Assembly (NCBI GenBank): GCA_045544995.1
Contig: JAZQAE010000112.1
Span: 1 to 63,426 of the forward strand
From: Eubacteriales bacterium
Lineage (GTDB): Bacteria; Bacillota; Clostridia; Oscillospirales; QAKW01
Length of the DNA stretch: 63,426 bases
Reading direction: 5' to 3'
Part shown: in pieces, positions 16,846 through 28,611 of the stretch
Layout: every line of letters starts with the position of its first letter
Numbering within the stretch: the first letter of the stretch is position 1
Notes under the pieces: generated by a model
What the model was told of the DNA's origin: nothing
Seen by the model: the letters and a program-made list of their open reading frames with translations, nothing else
Database searches by the model: none
Position numbers and translations under genes: made by a program

Positions 16846-18695
16846 GAAAGTTCTTCCGTTTTGGGAAAGCGCAACGACACTTTAAAAAGATCGCCGTCCA
16901 CCTGAATTTCCAAAGTCCCGCCCTGTAATTCTGCCAGACTGCGGGCGATGGAGAGGCCCAGTCCGCTTCCTTCGGTATTACGGGAACTATCTCCCCGAAC
17001 AAACCGCTCCGCCAACTCCTCTGCGCTGACCTGGATCGGCTCCTTGGAAATATTACGAAACACCAGAACCGTCTCCTCATTCTGCGTCAAAAGATCCAGA
17101 TAGACCCGGGTGCCGGTCTGGGCATATTTCAGAATATTGACCATCAAATTATCCAGGATCCGCCAAAGATGACGGGGATCCGCCCAGATCACGACCGGAT
17201 TTTCCGGCAGACGCAGGATCGTCTCCAATCCCCGCTCTCGGAAGCGCTCGTCAAATTCCCCTACCATCTGGGTCAACAATACCCCGGCATCACACCGCTC
17301 TGTCCGCACCGTTAAGTTTCCGGTGGCGGCTTTGGAGGCCTCTACTAAATCCTCGATCAGTTTTTTCAACCGGGCGGATTGCCGGTCCAGGACCTCCAGA
17401 TACTGACGGACCGCTTCGTTTTCCGGTTCTTCTTTTTTCAGCAGATCTACATAGTTAATAATGGACGTTAACGGCGTTTTGATGTCGTGAGAAACATTGG
17501 TGATCAGTTCCGTTTTGAACCGTTCACTCTTCATACGTTCCTCTACCGCCTTATTCATCCCATCGCCGATGGAATTCAGCGTCTCCCCAAATCGCTTGAA
17601 ATCGCCAACCAGATAGCCAGTCTCCAACCGTTCCTCCAGATGCCCTTCCGCCAGCCGTTCTCCGCCTTTTTTAAGCCGGTGCAACGAAAGTGCCACCCAA
17701 AATACCACCGGGATAAAGACCAACCGTTCCAAAATCCATAGAACCATCAAATTGTCCGGTTCCCAGATGTTAGACACAAATAAAACCAGTTCAAAAAGGG
17801 TCACAACCCCCACCAAGGCCACCGTCTTCCAGATGACGGGAAGGTGGATGAATAATGCAGAAAACATCCGCTTCATCCACAAAACGCATTGGCCGATCAA
17901 GGTATTACGCAACAGCCCGCCCACCTTCAGACGGCTGGCCATACTGAGAAAATACCAAAGAAACAGCAGATAATCCACGGTGCCGAAAAGGACCACAAGA
18001 ATGGCGACGGTCAGATCTCCGTAATTATTGACGGTAGCATATTGAATCCCTACAAACAGATACAGAAAGACCGAAGCCAGATCAAAGGGGATTTTATCCA
18101 CCGGATTCAGGCGGGGTTTCTCCTCCCCGGGATGATTTCCGGCACTGCAAAAGAGATAGATCAGTAAGACAACTTCAAGTAAAACCCCTATAAAAAGCCA
18201 AACGAACACACCATAACGGGCATGATAAAGAGTCTGCAAAATACTTTGGGTCACGGTAAAAAGATCCGGCCCGTTCAACCCACTGGAAAGATAGCCGGTA
18301 ACGGTATAATCTCTGGCTCGATACCCCTCTTCCAAGGAGATATATTCTTCCCAATAAAGATTGGTCTTTTCCTCTGCCTGCACCGTCTGCCCATCATAGT
18401 TTCCGGCAATCACGGTTCCCTGCTCGTCCCTGATCTGAAACAGATAATTTCCGGAATGATAAGCGTCTAACGACGGCTCTTTCCCTTCCATTACCTCGTA
18501 AAAAACTTTGCTATTGCAATCATCCAGCAAATAGCCACAGAGTTCTTCAAAGATAGACTGTTCCGTACGGGTATAGAAATCATTCTTCACCATTACGATC
18601 CCCGCCACCAGAGAAAGGACGGCAGAAAGAAGCACCAATACCGATACGACCACGGCGGCGGCTTTCAGCGAGGTGCGGTAAAAACGGTTTTTCAT
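16842..18695 (-). CDS. multi-TM sensor histidine kinase
   Basis: NVSHDIKTPLTS, NILKYA, ERFVRGD, GSGLGLSI. Confidence 0.95.
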   Translation of the reverse strand: MKNRFYRTSLKAAAVVVSVLVLLSAVLSLVAGIVMVKNDFYTRTEQSIFEELCGYLLDDCNSKVFYEVMEGKEPSLDAYHSGNYLFQIRDEQGTVIAGNYDGQTVQAEEKTNLYWEEYISLEEGYRARDYTVTGYLSSGLNGPDLFTVTQSILQTLYHARYGVFVWLFIGVLLEVVLLIYLFCSAGNHPGEEKPRLNPVDKIPFDLASVFLYLFVGIQYATVNNYGDLTVAILVVLFGTVDYLLFLWYFLSMASRLKVGGLLRNTLIGQCVLWMKRMFSALFIHLPVIWKTVALVGVVTLFELVLFVSNIWEPDNLMVLWILERLVFIPVVFWVALSLHRLKKGGERLAEGHLEERLETGYLVGDFKRFGETLNSIGDGMNKAVEERMKSERFKTELITNVSHDIKTPLTSIINYVDLLKKEEPENEAVRQYLEVLDRQSARLKKLIEDLVEASKAATGNLTVRTERCDAGVLLTQMVGEFDERFRERGLETILRLPENPVVIWADPRHLWRILDNLMVNILKYAQTGTRVYLDLLTQNEETVLVFRNISKEPIQVSAEELAERFVRGDSSRNTEGSGLGLSIARSLAELQGGTLEIQVDGDLFKVSLRFPKTEELS

Positions 18696-19387
18696 CCTCG
18701 ATCCTCCATTTTATAGCCCTGCGCCCAGACCACCTTCAGGTAACGGGGCTCCGCAGGGTCGATCTCGATCTTTTCCCGCAGATGGCGGATATGGACCGCC
18801 ACCGTGCTCTCTGCACCGTAGGGGGTATCCTTCCAGACCCGGCGGTAGATCTCCTTGGGAGAAAAGACTTCACCGGGATGCTTCATCAATAATTTCAATA
18901 TCTCGTATTCGGTAGGAGTCAGGTTGACCGCTTCCCCATCCACCGTCACCAATTTGGCTTTATCATTCAAGGAGATTCCGCCCATGGTACAGATACTCTG
19001 ATCCGCCAAGGAACTGCCGCCCAATTGCAGATAACGGCGCAATTGGCTCTTGACCCGTGCCAACAGTTCCACCGGATTAAAGGGCTTGGTCACGTAGTCG
19101 TCTGCGCCGACGTTCAGCCCTAAGATCTTATCGGTATCTTCCCCTTTTGCCGTCAGCAGGATCACCGGCAGGTTACTTTCCTCCCGGAGACGCACCATAG
19201 CGGTGATGCCGTCCATTTCCGGCATCATAATATCCATCAGCACCAGATGAACCTCTTCCCGCTCTAAAAGTTCCAGCGCCTCCCGTCCGTTATAGGCGCA
19301 AAGGGTCTCATACCCTTCCGCCTCCAGATAGATCTTCAGGGCCGCTACGATATCTTTTTCATCATCACAGATCAAAATTCGATACAT
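18692..19387 (-). CDS. OmpR-family response regulator
   Basis: DIMMP, GADDYVTKPF, HIRHLREKIE. Confidence 0.95.
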   Translation of the reverse strand: MYRILICDDEKDIVAALKIYLEAEGYETLCAYNGREALELLEREEVHLVLMDIMMPEMDGITAMVRLREESNLPVILLTAKGEDTDKILGLNVGADDYVTKPFNPVELLARVKSQLRRYLQLGGSSLADQSICTMGGISLNDKAKLVTVDGEAVNLTPTEYEILKLLMKHPGEVFSPKEIYRRVWKDTPYGAESTVAVHIRHLREKIEIDPAEPRYLKVVWAQGYKMEDRG

Positions 19388-20091
19388 TACGTTGCTTCTC
19401 CTTCATAGGGTAACAAAACATCCTTAGAAATAATGGCGGCATCAAAGCGGTAATGTCCGCTCACCTTGGATCGGCCGAGGATATCCTCCTCCCGAACCGG
19501 CTGACCGCCGTTATGCAAAATATACGGCTGTCCGTCCCGATTGCGTTTATCCGAAACGATGCCGATATGGGCATCATCGTCAAACACCACGATGTCGCCG
19601 GGTTGCCACGCTTCGATGGATTCCACCTCCAACGTCAGACTCCGGGCGTACTTTTCAAAAAAGATCCGAAGATTGGTCACCCGGCGGAAATCGATATTAG
19701 GATCCCGCTCTTTGATATGCCGATAGGCGGAAGGACGGGCCACAATATCCCGATCCACCATCTCTTTCAAGGAGTAACCGGCCTCCCGGAATGCACGCCA
19801 CACCAAATCGGTACACACCCCGATCTCCTCCGGCGGATAACCGCCGGCATAATAGGTGCCGTCATAACGAGGATGGTTTTTGGCATCCTTTTTGGCACCC
19901 CGCAACAGGTCGGTATAGTCGTCCGTTCCGTTGCCATTGAAATCCGCCGTGCTCAGCACGGTATCAATACTGAAATCGGCCGCCGTATAGGTTCTTCTGG
20001 GGATGAGGTGCCAATACCATGCTCCCCACAGTAAGACCGCCAAAAGAACGGTGCCCAAACAGACTAAAACAAGTTTCCAAACTCTTTTCAT
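19387..20091 (-). CDS. DUF1287 (YijF-like) protein
   Basis: GVCTDLVWRA, DPNIDFRRVTNL, WQPGDIV, HIGIVSD. Confidence 0.88.
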   Translation of the reverse strand: MKRVWKLVLVCLGTVLLAVLLWGAWYWHLIPRRTYTAADFSIDTVLSTADFNGNGTDDYTDLLRGAKKDAKNHPRYDGTYYAGGYPPEEIGVCTDLVWRAFREAGYSLKEMVDRDIVARPSAYRHIKERDPNIDFRRVTNLRIFFEKYARSLTLEVESIEAWQPGDIVVFDDDAHIGIVSDKRNRDGQPYILHNGGQPVREEDILGRSKVSGHYRFDAAIISKDVLLPYEGEAT

Positions 20092-20100
20092 TCATATACC

Positions 20101-22776
20101 TCAACGATTTCTTATGGCGTCGATAGGCCGTTTTGCTGCGATGCGATGAACCGGGAAATAGCTGGCCAGAGCCGCCACCGCAAGGCTGACGACAAACAGC
20201 AGCAGAATCTGCCGGGGGCCAAAGGTCAATACGCTGATCAAAATGCCGTTTTGACGGAGGATCCAATTGACCAATGCCGTGGCGACACCTACACCGATGG
20301 AAGAGAGGACAAAGTTGATCATCGCAATGATAAAGCTCTCCGAGAAGAAGATGCGGAAGACGTCGTTGCTTCTGGAACCGATGGCACGCAGAATGCCGAT
20401 CTCCTGTTTTTTATAGGAAATACTGACGGCGATAAAGTTGGCCAACATCAAAGCGGCAAAGAGGGCAAAGCCCAAGCCGATATATAAGAACACCTTTGCC
20501 ATCGTTACCAACACCTCATGGACGGTATCCAATTCATAGGTCACCGAGTTCAAAAGAGGATAGCGGATCCCGCCCTCTTTTTCCTCATAGCAATAAGCCG
20601 TCATATCTCGCAGATCGCTTTTTTCCGCAGGAACTCCGCCCACGGCAAAATCATATTCGCCGGAAACGATCAACTTATCATAATAGGAATCCGCCATGAT
20701 GATGCCTTCTTCCTGTCGAGAAACACGGCCGGTCAAAAGCCCGACGACTTTGAAATCCTTCAACTCTTCATCCACGTCGCCGTTCCAAACGTAGCCATTC
20801 AGACCGGTACATTTTTCAGCCAGATCCACCAGCATCTGAGGATCGGTCACGACCTCACCGCCGTTTAAGCGATCCATCTGATCCACGCTGAGGATGATCT
20901 CATTCTTTTCAAGGGCGGTACGGGCGCCGTCCACCCAAAGGATCGTTTCCGGATTAAAATCGGAAAGTTTACCGATCCGCAAAGGATCGAAATTCATGTC
21001 GTCATTATAGAACCAGATGTTTCCGCGATTAAATCGTTTCAGCGGAACAGACTGCGCTTCCAGCGCCGCATAGGTCTCTTCGCTGACCATCGCCACCTGC
21101 GCCAAACTATATCCGGTGGCATAATTAAATTCCTGTCTCAGGGCAAAACGAACCAGTTCCTCAGCGGTAGTCATATGCTCCGGCTCCTCTGCAAGACTTT
21201 CATAACGAGCCATATCCAGACGGGTATCAACCACGCCGACGATGGTATAGACCGTATCATGCAGCGTCAAGGTTTTGCCTAAAAGAGCGTTATAATCGGC
21301 GATTTTCTCCACCTTATCGCCTGCGGTCAGACGATAACCGCCATCTAAAAATCCATCCGCAACGTACCGGCCGACGGCGATCTCATTTTTAGCGCCCATC
21401 GGCAATCTTCCAGCTGTCAAGGAAAAATCCATTACATCCAATTTCTCCGCATCCACTACCGAAAAACCGGTAAATTGGCCTGCGTACAGATCTTGTTTCT
21501 TGCAGGGACCCATCTGTTCCTCATAGGAAAGGTTCAAATCGAAATCACGGACGCCGGTCAACGCAACGCCGGTCTCTGCTTGGAATTTTTCCAATTCCTC
21601 TTGCTCCAAAGCGTTATAAAGATCCTGCCAATAATACTGTTCTTCCGTCCCCACCTTTTGCTGTTTGCGGATAGAGACGTAGCTGATGTTACTGTCCAGC
21701 ATCGAATTGGTACAGGTCTCCACGTGGTTATAGGCGCCAAAGGTATCAGAAAGACCGAAAAGACCAAAGGCGATACAAGAAAGCAAAATCGTCGTTACTA
21801 ACCGCACTTTCTTATATTTCAGACTGCTTCCGCCGATCCGAAAGGCGTTTTTTAACGGTAATTTGGATTTAATCAGTCGGAAATTAGCACCGTCCCGGTG
21901 GGGGATCCTTTCCACGTCGGTGGGTTGAAATTCCGCAGTGTTATGCGCATTTTGGCGGTGTAATTTTACACTTTCCATAGAACAGTCTGCTAAATATGCA
22001 TTAATTGCCAAGCGATCCTCTTCCGTCAGTTGGTATCCGCCGCGAACCATAATGCCATCCGCTTCAAAAGTGAGATTTTCCGTTGTATCCGTCAAAGGAA
22101 CGGCGACCCGTTCCACATCCCGGATCACAGCGCCGTCTGCCAGTTCAATAATACGGTCGGCATACCGCTCTGCAAAATCCCGATCATGGGAAACCACGAT
22201 CACCAACCGGTCTGACGAGAGCTTTTTCAACGTTTCCAGCACCTGACGGCCGGTGACCGAATCCAAAGCCCCGGTGGGTTCATCTGCCATGATGATCTCC
22301 GGGCTCTTGACCAGTGCCCGTGCGATGGCCACCCGTTGCTTTTGTCCGCCGGAGAGTTCGCCAGGACGACGAGCCCCATAACCCTCCAGATCTACAGCGC
22401 AAAGGATCTCATTGATCGCCTCATCGGTAGCCTTCTTCCCCTGCAATTGTAAAGCCAAGGCGATATTGGCGCCCACGGTGAAGTCCTCTAAAATGTTATA
22501 CTCCTGAAAGATAAATCCCACGTAGGTATTGCGGTAAGAATCAAAATGCTTTTGACGGAAATCCCTGGAAGAGACCCCTTTGATAATGATCTCGCCCCGA
22601 TCGTAACGGTCCAATCCGCCCAGAACGTTTAAAAGTGTGGACTTACCGCTTCCGGATTTACCCAGCAAAAAGACCATTCCCTTATCGGGAAACCGGATAT
22701 TCACGTCCTGCAACGCCGTCACGGGAACCCCTTTTTTCGGTTTATATACTTTATAAAGACCCTTGGTTTCTAACAT
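20101..22776 (-). CDS. MacB-like fused ABC ATPase/FtsX permease
   Basis: [26 protein letters not shown]-terminal EIGILRAIG. Confidence 0.92.
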   Translation of the reverse strand: MLETKGLYKVYKPKKGVPVTALQDVNIRFPDKGMVFLLGKSGSGKSTLLNVLGGLDRYDRGEIIIKGVSSRDFRQKHFDSYRNTYVGFIFQEYNILEDFTVGANIALALQLQGKKATDEAINEILCAVDLEGYGARRPGELSGGQKQRVAIARALVKSPEIIMADEPTGALDSVTGRQVLETLKKLSSDRLVIVVSHDRDFAERYADRIIELADGAVIRDVERVAVPLTDTTENLTFEADGIMVRGGYQLTEEDRLAINAYLADCSMESVKLHRQNAHNTAEFQPTDVERIPHRDGANFRLIKSKLPLKNAFRIGGSSLKYKKVRLVTTILLSCIAFGLFGLSDTFGAYNHVETCTNSMLDSNISYVSIRKQQKVGTEEQYYWQDLYNALEQEELEKFQAETGVALTGVRDFDLNLSYEEQMGPCKKQDLYAGQFTGFSVVDAEKLDVMDFSLTAGRLPMGAKNEIAVGRYVADGFLDGGYRLTAGDKVEKIADYNALLGKTLTLHDTVYTIVGVVDTRLDMARYESLAEEPEHMTTAEELVRFALRQEFNYATGYSLAQVAMVSEETYAALEAQSVPLKRFNRGNIWFYNDDMNFDPLRIGKLSDFNPETILWVDGARTALEKNEIILSVDQMDRLNGGEVVTDPQMLVDLAEKCTGLNGYVWNGDVDEELKDFKVVGLLTGRVSRQEEGIIMADSYYDKLIVSGEYDFAVGGVPAEKSDLRDMTAYCYEEKEGGIRYPLLNSVTYELDTVHEVLVTMAKVFLYIGLGFALFAALMLANFIAVSISYKKQEIGILRAIGSRSNDVFRIFFSESFIIAMINFVLSSIGVGVATALVNWILRQNGILISVLTFGPRQILLLFVVSLAVAALASYFPVHRIAAKRPIDAIRNR

Positions 22777-22797
22777 GGCTTCCGCCTCCTTTATTTC

Positions 22798-22853
22798 ATT
22801 GTATCAAAGATACACTTAACAAACCAGTAGGAAAAGTTTTAAGATTCTTTTAA
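22798..22853 (-). promoter_or_regulatory. putative response-regulator direct repeats and -10 element
   Basis: Minus strand TTAAAA-N5-TTAAAA...TTAAG-N11-TACAAT. Confidence 0.45.
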
Positions 22854-22922
22854 TAATCATATCATAGATCCACTGATTTGTCTGTCATTTTCATAAAATA
22901 AAGAAAAAAGTGTGGTGTAAAA

Positions 22923-24287
22923 TTACACCGCACGGATCTGAAAGGTCGTTCGTATGATCTCTCGCATCTCTGCCAGACTCTTTTGCTCTGTCACCATCAT
23001 TTGAGACAGGAGATTTCCGGTCGCCGTTGCTTCCATCAGGCCGATATAGACCTTTTTGCCGGTATATTGCGCCGTCAAACGATTGAGATAGGCGTCTTTA
23101 CTTCCGCCGCCCACAATGTAGATGGCCTCGATCTCTTTTCCGCTGATCGTTTCGATCTCCCGCACCGCCTTATCATAGGCCGCCGCCAGAGAATGATATA
23201 CCGAGGAAAGGACGTCTGCCAAAGGCAGATCCGGCTTTCCAAGATAGGTCCGCACCGCTTCGATCATACTCTCCGGAGCAAGGAACGAAGGATGGGTGGG
23301 GTCGATTTTTTCAGTAAAATCGCTGGACATGGCCATCTGCATCATTTCATCATAGGTATACTTTTTATCCAGATTTTTTCGAATACTCTGGAACAGCCAC
23401 ATTCCCATAATGTTCTTCAGGAAACAAAACCGATAGTCTACTCCGCCCTCATTGGTGAAATTCGCATTCAGTGCCGCCTCATCCAGAACCGGCTTTAAAT
23501 TCTCCGTCCCGATCAAGCTCCAGGTGCCGGAAGAGAGATAAACGCATCGCTCATCCACCGGACAAGCCGCCACCGCCGAGGCAGTGTCGTGAGAGGGGCA
23601 AAGCACGACCTTGGCATTAAAGCCGATCTCCGCTTCCACTTCCTTGGTAAATCCTCCCACCTCGGTTCCGGGCAGAGAAAGAGGCTGGAACAGCGTTTCG
23701 GGAATTTCCAACGTATTTAAAAGTTCCCGGTCCCATTCTTTACTTTCTGCATGAACCAGATTGGTGGTGGTAGCGTTGGTATACTCATTTTTGATCACGC
23801 CGGTCAATTTAAAGAAAAGATACTCCGGCAGCATCAGAAAATACTTTGCCTTTTGCAATTTTCCGCTCCGGCGGTCACAATACAACTGATACAGCGTATT
23901 ATACGTCTGCTTTTGGATGCCGTTACGGGCATAGAGCACCGATTGAGGCAGGAATTTGCCCACCTCTTCTACTCCTTGAACCGTCCGTTCATCCCGATAA
24001 GAGACTGCCGGCATCAATTCCTTTTTATTCTCATCCAAAAGCAGATAGTCCACGCCCCAGGTATCAATGGCTACGGTAGCCGGAATCTTCCCCAAGTCTT
24101 TACATTTGGCGATTCCTGCTTTCACCTCCTGAAAGAGATGCTCCGTATCCCAGACCAAGTTTCCGTCCTGCTCATGAAATCCATTATCAAACCGATGGAT
24201 CTCTTCTAACTGTAACCGGCCATTCTCCAGCCAGCCCAAAATATGGCGGCCGCTGGAGGCGCCGATGTCGATGGCTAAATGATACAT
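22923..24287 (-). CDS. rhaB: rhamnulokinase/fuculokinase (FGGY family)
   Basis: DIGASSGR, DTWGVDY, HDTASA, SSGTWSL, NEGG, EATATGN. Confidence 0.85.
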   Translation of the reverse strand: MYHLAIDIGASSGRHILGWLENGRLQLEEIHRFDNGFHEQDGNLVWDTEHLFQEVKAGIAKCKDLGKIPATVAIDTWGVDYLLLDENKKELMPAVSYRDERTVQGVEEVGKFLPQSVLYARNGIQKQTYNTLYQLYCDRRSGKLQKAKYFLMLPEYLFFKLTGVIKNEYTNATTTNLVHAESKEWDRELLNTLEIPETLFQPLSLPGTEVGGFTKEVEAEIGFNAKVVLCPSHDTASAVAACPVDERCVYLSSGTWSLIGTENLKPVLDEAALNANFTNEGGVDYRFCFLKNIMGMWLFQSIRKNLDKKYTYDEMMQMAMSSDFTEKIDPTHPSFLAPESMIEAVRTYLGKPDLPLADVLSSVYHSLAAAYDKAVREIETISGKEIEAIYIVGGGSKDAYLNRLTAQYTGKKVYIGLMEATATGNLLSQMMVTEQKSLAEMREIIRTTFQIRAV

Positions 24288-24301
24288 CGCAATGCTCCTT
24301 T

Positions 24302-26212
24302 TTATTCCAATTCAAACATTCCGGTGTATAGCTGATAATACTTTCCTTTTTCGGCGATCAGCTTATCGTGATTGCCCCGCTCAATGATTCTGCCGTGTTC
24401 CAACACCATAATAACGTCGGAATTCCGGACGGTAGACAGACGATGAGCGATCACAAAGACCGTCCTTCCCTTCATCAGCCGATCCATCCCTTTTTGCACC
24501 AGAGCCTCGGTGCGGGTATCAATAGAGGAGGTAGCCTCGTCCATGATCATGACCGGAGGATCTGCCACCGCCGCCCGGGCGATGGATAGAAGCTGGCGCT
24601 GACCTTGGGAGAGGTTGGCGCCATTGGCGGTGAGCATGGTTTGATATCCTTCCGGCAGACGGCGGATAAAGTCGTGGGCGTTGGCCAATTTTGCCGCTTC
24701 AATACACTCCTCGTCCGTTGCATCCAATTTACCGTAGCGGATGTTTTCCATTACCGTCCCGGTAAAGAGGTTGGTTTCCTGCAAAATAACCCCCAAAGAA
24801 CGTCGCAGATCGGCTTTTTTGATCTTATTGATATTAATACCGTCGTAACGGATCTTACCGTCTGCAATATCATAAAAGCGGTTGATCAGATTGGTAATGG
24901 TGGTCTTTCCGGCACCGGTAGCGCCCACAAACGCCACCTTCTGCCCCGGCTCCGCATAGAGGGTCACGTCATGCAAGACCATCTTCTCCGGCACGTAGCC
25001 GAAATCCACGTGATCCAAAACCACGTCGCCGGCCAGTTTCGTATAGGTCACCGTGCCGTCCGCCTGATGGGGATGCTTCCACGCCCACGTTCCGGTGCGC
25101 TCAGGACATTCCACGATCTCGCCGTTTTCTTCCCGGCAATTTACCAACGTCACGTAGCCGTCGTCCTGCTCCGGTTGCTGATCCATTAAAGCAAACAACC
25201 GGGCGGCACCGGCCTGCGCCATCACCACCGCATTGACCTGCTGAGAGATCTGGGAAACGTTTCCGGTAAACTGTTTGGTCATATTGAGGAACGGCACCAC
25301 CGCCGCAATGGTCAAAGGAAGCCCGGAGAAGGAAAGGTTGGGGATCTGGAGCGCCATCAGAATACCGCCGACGATCGCTACCGCCACGTAAAGGATATTG
25401 CCGATATTCCCTAAAATCGGCATCAGGATGTTGGCAAATCGGTTGGCACTTTCCGCATCCTTAAACAACTGCTCATTCAAGCGGTCGAAATCCTCTTTGG
25501 AATCCTCCTCATGGCAGAAGACCTGAACCACCTTCTGGCCGTTCATGATCTCTTCCACAAAGCCCTCCATCTTACCGACCGACTGTTGCTGACGGACGAA
25601 GAACCGGGCGCTGTTTCCGCCTACCTTCTTGGTAACGAACATCATGGCGATGACGCCTAAAACGACAACCAGGAACATCCAAAAACTATAATAGATCATA
25701 ATGCAGACCACCATCGTTACGACGATGAGCGCATTGATCATATTGGGCAGACTCTGAGAAACCAACTGACGGAGGGTGTCGATGTCATTAGTATAATGGC
25801 TCATAATGTCTCCGGTATGGTTGGCATCAAAATAACGGATAGGAAGCCGTTGCATCCCTTCAAACATTCTGCGGCGCATCTTATGCAAAAAGCCCTGGGT
25901 CACGATCGCCATCAGACGGTTATAGGTGAAGGAACAAGTCAAAGATACCGCATAAATGCTCAATAACGTGAGAACGATCCGCAGGATTCCGCTGTACACG
26001 GCATCCAGGCCTTTTTTTAAGCCCTCTTCCACCAGCGTGACCGTCTGCCCCATAAAGATGGCCGGCAGGGTGCTGGCAACCGCCGTAAACAGCAGGCAGA
26101 GCAATACAACGGTCAGATGGACGGGATAGTCCGAAAATAGTTGCTTTACCACCCGTTTCAAGGTTCCCTTGGGGACTGAAATAGGTGGACGGGTATCGGT
26201 CTTTTTAGCCAT
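24302..26212 (-). CDS. ABC exporter subunit (TM plus NBD, consensus site)
   Basis: GATGAGKTT, LSQGQRQ, DEATSS; start at ATG 26212. Confidence 0.93.
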   Translation of the reverse strand: MAKKTDTRPPISVPKGTLKRVVKQLFSDYPVHLTVVLLCLLFTAVASTLPAIFMGQTVTLVEEGLKKGLDAVYSGILRIVLTLLSIYAVSLTCSFTYNRLMAIVTQGFLHKMRRRMFEGMQRLPIRYFDANHTGDIMSHYTNDIDTLRQLVSQSLPNMINALIVVTMVVCIMIYYSFWMFLVVVLGVIAMMFVTKKVGGNSARFFVRQQQSVGKMEGFVEEIMNGQKVVQVFCHEEDSKEDFDRLNEQLFKDAESANRFANILMPILGNIGNILYVAVAIVGGILMALQIPNLSFSGLPLTIAAVVPFLNMTKQFTGNVSQISQQVNAVVMAQAGAARLFALMDQQPEQDDGYVTLVNCREENGEIVECPERTGTWAWKHPHQADGTVTYTKLAGDVVLDHVDFGYVPEKMVLHDVTLYAEPGQKVAFVGATGAGKTTITNLINRFYDIADGKIRYDGININKIKKADLRRSLGVILQETNLFTGTVMENIRYGKLDATDEECIEAAKLANAHDFIRRLPEGYQTMLTANGANLSQGQRQLLSIARAAVADPPVMIMDEATSSIDTRTEALVQKGMDRLMKGRTVFVIAHRLSTVRNSDVIMVLEHGRIIERGNHDKLIAEKGKYYQLYTGMFELE

Positions 26213-27947
26213 TCTGCTCACCTCCCTTATTTTGAGAGGTATAGACCTCTTGATAGATCGCATTCCGGGCAAGAAGTTCCTGATGAGTGCCCAGATCGTC
26301 GATCTCACCGCCGTTCATCACCACGATCAGATCCGCATCCTCCACCGAAGAGATCCGCTGAGCGATAATTAATTTTGTAGTCCCGGGGATCTCCTCCCGG
26401 AAGGCCTTACGGATCATGGCATCCGTATGGGTATCGACGGCGCTGGTGGAATCATCCAAAATCAGCACCTTCGGTTTTTTCAAAAGGGCACGGGCGATAC
26501 AAAGCCGTTGCTTCTGACCGCCGGAGACGTTGGTTCCGCCCTGCTCGATATAGGTATCATACCCGTCGGGGAACTGGCGGATAAAATCATCTGCACAAGC
26601 CAGTTTACACGCATGGATCAGTTCCTCATCCGTTGCGGCGGGATCGCCCCAACGCAGGTTCTCTTTGATGGTGCCGGAAAACAGCACGTTTTTCTGCAAC
26701 ACCACCGCCACCTGATTTCGGAGGGACGTGAGATCATATTCCCGCACGTCTGCACCACCCACCTTAACAGCTCCTTCCGTCACGTCGTACAGACGGGAGA
26801 TCAACTGGATCAAGGTGGTCTTGCTACTACCGGTCCCGCCGATGATGCCCACCGTCTGGCCGGATGCAATATGCAGATTGATATTCTTCAATGCATATTC
26901 CTCTGCATTTTCAGAGTATTTAAAACTGACGCCTTCAAAATCCAGGGCGCCGTCGGCCACTTCATAACGGGGAGCCGAAGGATTCTTGATGGTGCTTTCT
27001 TCGTCCAATACCTCTACGATTCTGCGGGCAGACTCTCCCGACATCGTCAGCATCACGAAGATCATCGAAACCATCATCAAACTAAACAAGACCTGCACCC
27101 CATAGGTCAATAACGCAGAAAGCTGTCCCACATCCAGAGCTTTTCCACCGGTGGCGATGATCATTTGCGAACCGAAATAGATCACCGCCAGCATAACGAT
27201 ATTCATGCAAAGCTGCATCAAGGGGCCATTCAACGCTAAAAGCTTCTCTGCACGGGTAAAATCCTGCGCCACGTCTTCGGAAGCGGCCGCAAACTTTTCG
27301 CTCTCCCGCTCTTCCCGAACGTAGGCCTTGACCACACGCATTCCCTGAATATTCTCCTGCACGGAATTATTCAGCGTATCATATTTACGAAAAACCTTAC
27401 GGAAGATGGGCATCGCCTTTCGGGCAATTGCGAAAAGACCAAAACCTAAAATCGGAATAACCACCACAAAGACCCATGCCATTTTTCCGCCCATATAGAA
27501 GGCCATAAAAACTGAAAAGATCATCATAAAAGGAGCCCGGAACGCTGTGCGGACCAGCATCATAAATGCCATCTGCACGTTGGCCACGTCCGTCGTGAGG
27601 CGTGTCACCAGACTGGAGGTGGAAAACCGGTCAATATTACCGAAAGAAAATCTTTGGACGTTATAAAAAAGATCTTTTCGGAGATTTTTAGCAAATCCAC
27701 AGGCGGCAGTCGCACAATAATGACCTGCCAGAACACCGCAAGTCAACGAAAGCGCCGCCATCGCAACCAAAAGAACTCCATATTTCAAGATCACTTCCAT
27801 CTCACAGCCGGCCTTGATCTCATTGACCAGATTGGCCGTCAGGAACGGAATGATACATTCGATCACTACCTCCAGCATTACGATCAACGGAGATAGGATC
27901 GATGCAGTTTTATATTCACGAATACATCCTGCAAGTCGCTTGAGCAT
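26205..27947 (-). CDS. ABC exporter subunit (TM plus NBD, degenerate site)
   Basis: GGTGSSKTT, VSGGQKQR, LDDSTS and AQR, typical of heterodimeric exporters. Confidence 0.93.
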   Translation of the reverse strand: MLKRLAGCIREYKTASILSPLIVMLEVVIECIIPFLTANLVNEIKAGCEMEVILKYGVLLVAMAALSLTCGVLAGHYCATAACGFAKNLRKDLFYNVQRFSFGNIDRFSTSSLVTRLTTDVANVQMAFMMLVRTAFRAPFMMIFSVFMAFYMGGKMAWVFVVVIPILGFGLFAIARKAMPIFRKVFRKYDTLNNSVQENIQGMRVVKAYVREERESEKFAAASEDVAQDFTRAEKLLALNGPLMQLCMNIVMLAVIYFGSQMIIATGGKALDVGQLSALLTYGVQVLFSLMMVSMIFVMLTMSGESARRIVEVLDEESTIKNPSAPRYEVADGALDFEGVSFKYSENAEEYALKNINLHIASGQTVGIIGGTGSSKTTLIQLISRLYDVTEGAVKVGGADVREYDLTSLRNQVAVVLQKNVLFSGTIKENLRWGDPAATDEELIHACKLACADDFIRQFPDGYDTYIEQGGTNVSGGQKQRLCIARALLKKPKVLILDDSTSAVDTHTDAMIRKAFREEIPGTTKLIIAQRISSVEDADLIVVMNGGEIDDLGTHQELLARNAIYQEVYTSQNKGGEQNG

Positions 27948-28277
27948 GAGAAACCTCCAATTCTAACAATTATCATATTCAAATATTATATCAAAAAGCA
28001 TTGATATCGTCAACGATTTCCATACTAAAATTCAAAGCTTTTCTTCCAAAATTTGTCCCTTTTCAAAGCCAGATTTATTTGATATACTACTTTATAGAAG
28101 AGGTCGTTTCTATTGATACTGCCACATTATTTAGAACAAATTTCAAAATCCGCATATTCTCCGACATTTTTTTACACTTAACGAATTTATATGACTTTTA
28201 TGAAATGAAAAGCGTAATATTTTTGCACACTCGACCGCTTTAATTGGGTAAAATATATTTAAGTGAGGTGAAAATTA

Positions 28278-28592
28278 ATGGATACGAAATTCATTCGTGA
28301 CCGTATCACACAGCTTCGCATTCAAAAGGGCGTTTCCGAATACCGCATGAGTTATGATCTTGGTCACAGTCGCAGTTATGTCTACAATATCTCTTCCGGG
28401 AAGGCCTTACCGCCTCTCTCAGAGTTTTTGGCAATCTGCGATTATTTCGGCGTGACCCCTCAACAGTTTTTTGATGAAGGAACCAAATACCCCACCCTGA
28501 TCCAGACTGCCCTCAAGGATATGCAGAAGCTCAACGAAGAGGATCTCCTCTTGCTGATTAGCAATATTCAAAGATTGGCAAAGGACTATTGA
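28278..28592 (+). CDS. XRE-family HTH regulator
   Basis: RITQLRIQKGVSEYRMSYDLGHSRSY..ICDYFGVTP; SD GAGGTG. Confidence 0.88.
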   Translation: MDTKFIRDRITQLRIQKGVSEYRMSYDLGHSRSYVYNISSGKALPPLSEFLAICDYFGVTPQQFFDEGTKYPTLIQTALKDMQKLNEEDLLLLISNIQRLAKDY

Positions 28593-28611
28593 TCCAAACT
28601 ACTTAAATATC

